NCBI RefSeq assembly: GCF_021028975.2
Contig: NC_059425.1
Location: forward strand, 73,098,001 to 73,162,000
Direction of reading: 5' to 3'
DNA: 64,000 nt
From: Sphaerodactylus townsendi
Taxonomy: Eukaryota
Position 1 is the first letter of the stretch; the number at the start of each line of letters is the position of its first letter. The position numbers were made by a program, and so were the translations under genes. Shown piece by piece: positions 63,552-64,000 of this stretch. The notes under the pieces are model-generated. The model had not been told where the DNA came from and did no database searches. It saw only the letters and a program-made list of their open reading frames with translations.

Positions 63552-64000
63552 GTTTGTGTTGTGAGGGATCATGAGGTTGGGCATACCACAAGGAACTAAC
63601 TTCCTCTAAGGGTGTGTACCAGCAGTTGGAGGGGCCTTTAACTGGAGGACAAATGGACCTCTAGCAATTTGAGCAGGTAACCAGGAGCTGGGATTACAGC
63701 TGGCTTTCTTTGGTTCTGGTGAGAGGTGAATTCTGCAGTCATGCCATTCAGAAAAACCAACTTAGGGACAGGTCATTGCAAAGGTGTAACCAAGTTGGTC
63801 TGTTATAGCAGATTAAGACAAAAGTCCAGTAGCACCTTACAAAGCTAACATTTACTACATGAAAGCTCAGGTTGACCTCATTTGCTGGATGGTTGCAACA
63901 GAGCAGGTTAAAACTGAATCCATCAAAGACGGAGATCCTTTGGCTGGGCCGCAGGGGGGAGGTGGGGGATTTCCAACCGCCAGAGTGGGAGGGGGCTTTA

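Overview
Vertebrate nuclear DNA; the repeat content suggests a squamate reptile, probably a gecko (inference). Three known genes are present. CMTR1 (- strand) has coding exons 2-5 here and continues off the left end. RNF8 (- strand) is complete, 8 coding exons, about 550 aa, with an unusual Ser/acidic C-terminal tail. AARS2 (+ strand, head-to-head with RNF8) shows only exons 1-3. Where AARS2 exon 4 should follow, there are instead seven phase-consistent + strand exons of an RGS22-like gene (53576-63551) with no recognisable 5' exons. AARS2 exon 3 can splice in frame to the first of these, giving a stop-free AARS2-RGS22-like ORF of at least 513 codons. Between the two gene parts lies a very young hAT MITE whose two flanks are different target sites, which marks a likely rearrangement or assembly breakpoint. 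Introns and intergenic DNA are dense with L2, CR1 and RTE LINEs, tRNA- and 5S-derived SINEs, hAT, PIF-Harbinger and Tc-mariner MITEs, solo LTRs, and Penelope-type repeats with hammerhead ribozyme cores. There is one 181-nt N gap and some apparently poorly polished repeat sequence. Exon boundaries were read by eye from GT-AG sites and phase; homology calls are from memory of the families, not from database searches.
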